Below are positions 30,780 to 33,292 of a stretch of DNA of 33,292 bases, in pieces; position 1 is the first letter of the stretch; each line of letters begins with the position of its first letter. Both the position numbers and the translations under genes were made by a program. The stretch spans positions 1 to 33,292 of the forward strand of contig ML002409.1 in assembly GCA_003614675.1 (NCBI GenBank), read 5' to 3'. The stretch comes from Dimargaris cristalligena. Lineage: Eukaryota. Under the pieces are notes generated by a model. That model was not told where the DNA came from. It worked only from the letters and a program-made list of their open reading frames with translations, and searched no databases.

Positions 30780-33292
30780 CTATGGGCAGTAGCACATCCC
30801 AATTATGCAGTAGTTCTATATTTAAGTCAAAGTGATGAACTGAATGGTGCTAAACCCAGAGAAAAATACATGTGAATTGGTGTAATACTACATACCTGTT
30901 GGCCCTTCTAATCTGACCTAATCCGGCTGGATGATTGCCTACTATATCAGGCCTTATAGCACCATATTAAACTCCCCATGGTCACCCCTGGTACTATGGG
31001 GCCATCATTTATCTTATACCCACTCCCTGGTTGGACTTCCTGGCATTCACACTAATTACTCTACTGTCAATCCAAGGACTCTTCCAGTTCCCATGAGAGT
31101 CTTCTGGATACAAGGACCACCCGGCTAGCCTACTTATTGATACCTTAGTTATGTAGTCCTTTCCCTTGGGGGCCTCCCTTTAGAGTTGTTCCCCATATAT
31201 ATATAACTGGTCCCAATGGGGCCCAGTTAGGTTCAGCAGCTTATTCCTACCCCCCAGTTTACCCCAATAAACTCACTATATACACTCATTCCCTTATACT
31301 GACCAGTAAGTGTGCACTGCTGCACATCCCTTGTATAGTTGCCCCATGTGCATTTATTTGGTTAGTATTGCCCTGTCCCTAATACTAGTAGCCCACTTGG
31401 CCAAGTCTAAGCCCTGCCTACCATTAGAAGCCTACCCCCAGGGCTCTTGATGGATTAAGAGTAGATAACCCAGGCAACAATACCAAATAGCCATTTTTTG
31501 TGAGAATATCACAAACTCATTGACATGTAACTTAATTTTCCTGGCATAAGTGCTGGATAAAATATGGATTGTCCCTGGGCTATGTGGCACAGATAGATGA
31601 CACGCCTACTTTCTGCCCACCCCAAGCTAGTAATGGACTAATTGAGGAAATCACTTAGCCTCACTTTTATAGATAAGTAAACACCCCCTGCCCCCATTCC
31701 AAACCTATTGTTTTTTGGTTGGCCTTCCTGTCTGTTGTAATCCATTACTCCAGCATCAGCAATGTACTACAACAAACTCCTGGTTGACTATTCTGCTCTT
31801 CCATTAAAAGACTAGCATCAATGGTTTCATCATAGAGACTTTGTTGTATACCATTAGTCATTTTGATTGACTACCCCCCTCTTTTCCTTGGTGTGAACCT
31901 GGCTGCCACTATGTTTCCCCTTGGTGATATTATTGCATCATTAGTTGCTGCCCCTTTAGCGACCACCAATTCAACAGTAAACCCTACTCATCATAACACA
32001 ATTGGTCACTTAAAATTTTACTGGGCAGATGATGTATCAAAACTACCTGCTCTAGTGAGTGAAAAGGTTTTAAACCATTTAGAAGTCTCAGCCTGTTCCT
32101 AGTGGACCCTCTGTGTTGCATGGGACTGACATTTTCAATGCTCCAATTGTTTTTGAAAAGATAGGTGTTCTCTTTCAATTCACCAAATTTATGCATTTTG
32201 GTTGATAAGTTTTATCATTCTAGACCAAACATACTCTATTGACTGATACCAGTATGTGCAATCCTATGGTCTTTTCTAAACATCAATTTATCTAAATCTA
32301 CTGGTTTATTTTCTAATATATCTTTATGCCAAATAATAATACCAAGAATAATGGCCCCCCTTCCCACCTATCAATTTAGACAAAGTCATTTATGAATTAG
32401 TGTGAAGGAGATCCAGCAAGAATAAGTTCAAGCCTACTCAGGCTGAAGTATTGACAAACAAGTGGCTGGTCTATGTCCCAATGGGGACTACTAACATGGT
32501 TTAGGAAGCTATAGCTAGAATGGGATATTGTTGCTGAACTAGTAGTTTGGTTGAATCAACCAAATCTGGGACATCATCAAATGGTACTTCAGATATCAAT
32601 TGTGCCAACTTTAAACAGATACTTAACACTCCACTGACTAGCCACATTCAATAGAAATATGTTAACCTAAGCTAAGTTCCACCAAGTGATTCCCCCACTT
32701 GCATTTATCCATCACCCAGACGGCAGATATGGTGGTCATATGACCACTTGCCATGATTGTGTCACCCATCCTCTGCCCTTCAGACAAATCTCAAATAACC
32801 CTACAGATTGGCTATAACCCACTGAATTTCGGGTCAGTAATAAAGATCTGTAAAGTATTTGGAATTACTGATTGTCATGCTCTATGTTATGAACCTTGAT
32901 AATAATGCAGAACATGGTACTTGGGTACCTATACTGGGAGGGTGACACTGACCAGTGCAATGCCTTAATATGCCCATGGATCAAATGGGGTCCATCTGCT
33001 CATTTGGGGGGCCATCACTGTCTTGCCCACATTGGGATTGCCCAACAGGACACCCTCTTTGCCAAGCCCATTAACCAGCACTGGTTCAAGTGTAGGACTC
33101 CCTAGTTCAATTAGGACTAGGTGAAAAAGAACACTCTCTAGCTCATGTTTTTCAAATGTTAATGTGCAATTGGCTTTATCAATAGTATTGATACTAACTT
33201 TGACCTTATGTTGGAGCATGTGTAAAGAACTGAACTTAAATCCTTGAAAACTGAACTTTATTTGAAAAGATAGATAATAAAAGGGAAAGTGG
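30780..33292. other. Strongly CpG-depleted, mutationally decayed tract (repeat or pseudogene remnant)
   Basis: I count only about 6 CpG in ~2.5 kb despite abundant C and G. No long ORF; composition resembles the mariner copy. Confidence 0.65.
31911..33170 (+). pseudogene. Possible decayed secreted-protein gene
   Basis: Signal-peptide-like MFPLGDIIASLVAAPLA at 31911 and protein-like frame-1 segments (FNRNMLT*AKFHQVIPPLAFI; MQNMVLGYLYWEG..LAHIGIAQQDTLFAK) interrupted by stops. Stop density is not clearly below random, so support is weak. Confidence 0.3.

Noticed and set aside
32965-33219. P-loop-like VLLGNPNVGKT in an 84-aa - strand ORF
   Set aside because: No downstream G2-G4 or Walker B motifs, and the ORF stops shortly after. 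The V/L/G/E-rich composition looks like an antisense shadow of a + strand frame.

Overview
Eukaryotic, almost certainly fungal, genomic DNA: GT-AG introns, a fungal Vhc1-type transporter, GPI7 and RAD1/XPF. Gene style suggests an early-diverging lineage such as Zoopagomycota/Dimargaritales, but that is an unverified impression. Three housekeeping genes (VHC1-like SLC12 transporter, GPI7/PIG-G, two-exon RAD1/XPF) are interleaved with accessory sequence. (i) Three paralogues of an unrecognised secreted-protein family share a signal peptide, a ~140-150 aa two-Cys domain with PYC / YKG / NGIRP / YLILD / CY motifs, and a Pro/Asn/Gln/Tyr-rich tail; one is split by a single-base shift in an A7 run. 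(ii) A fourth, two-exon secreted orphan gene. (iii) A ~3.5 kb segmental duplication in which a 1.1 kb upstream block is flipped relative to the gene between the two copies, with homology ending exactly at a mariner TIR. (iv) A full-length DD34D mariner killed by point mutation only (9 stops, no frameshifts, CpG and CpA/TpG transitions, RIP-like), with CpG loss extending into the adjacent duplicated flank. (v) A terminal ~2.5 kb CpG-depleted tract that may hold a decayed secreted-protein gene. No rRNA, tRNA or CRISPR was seen.
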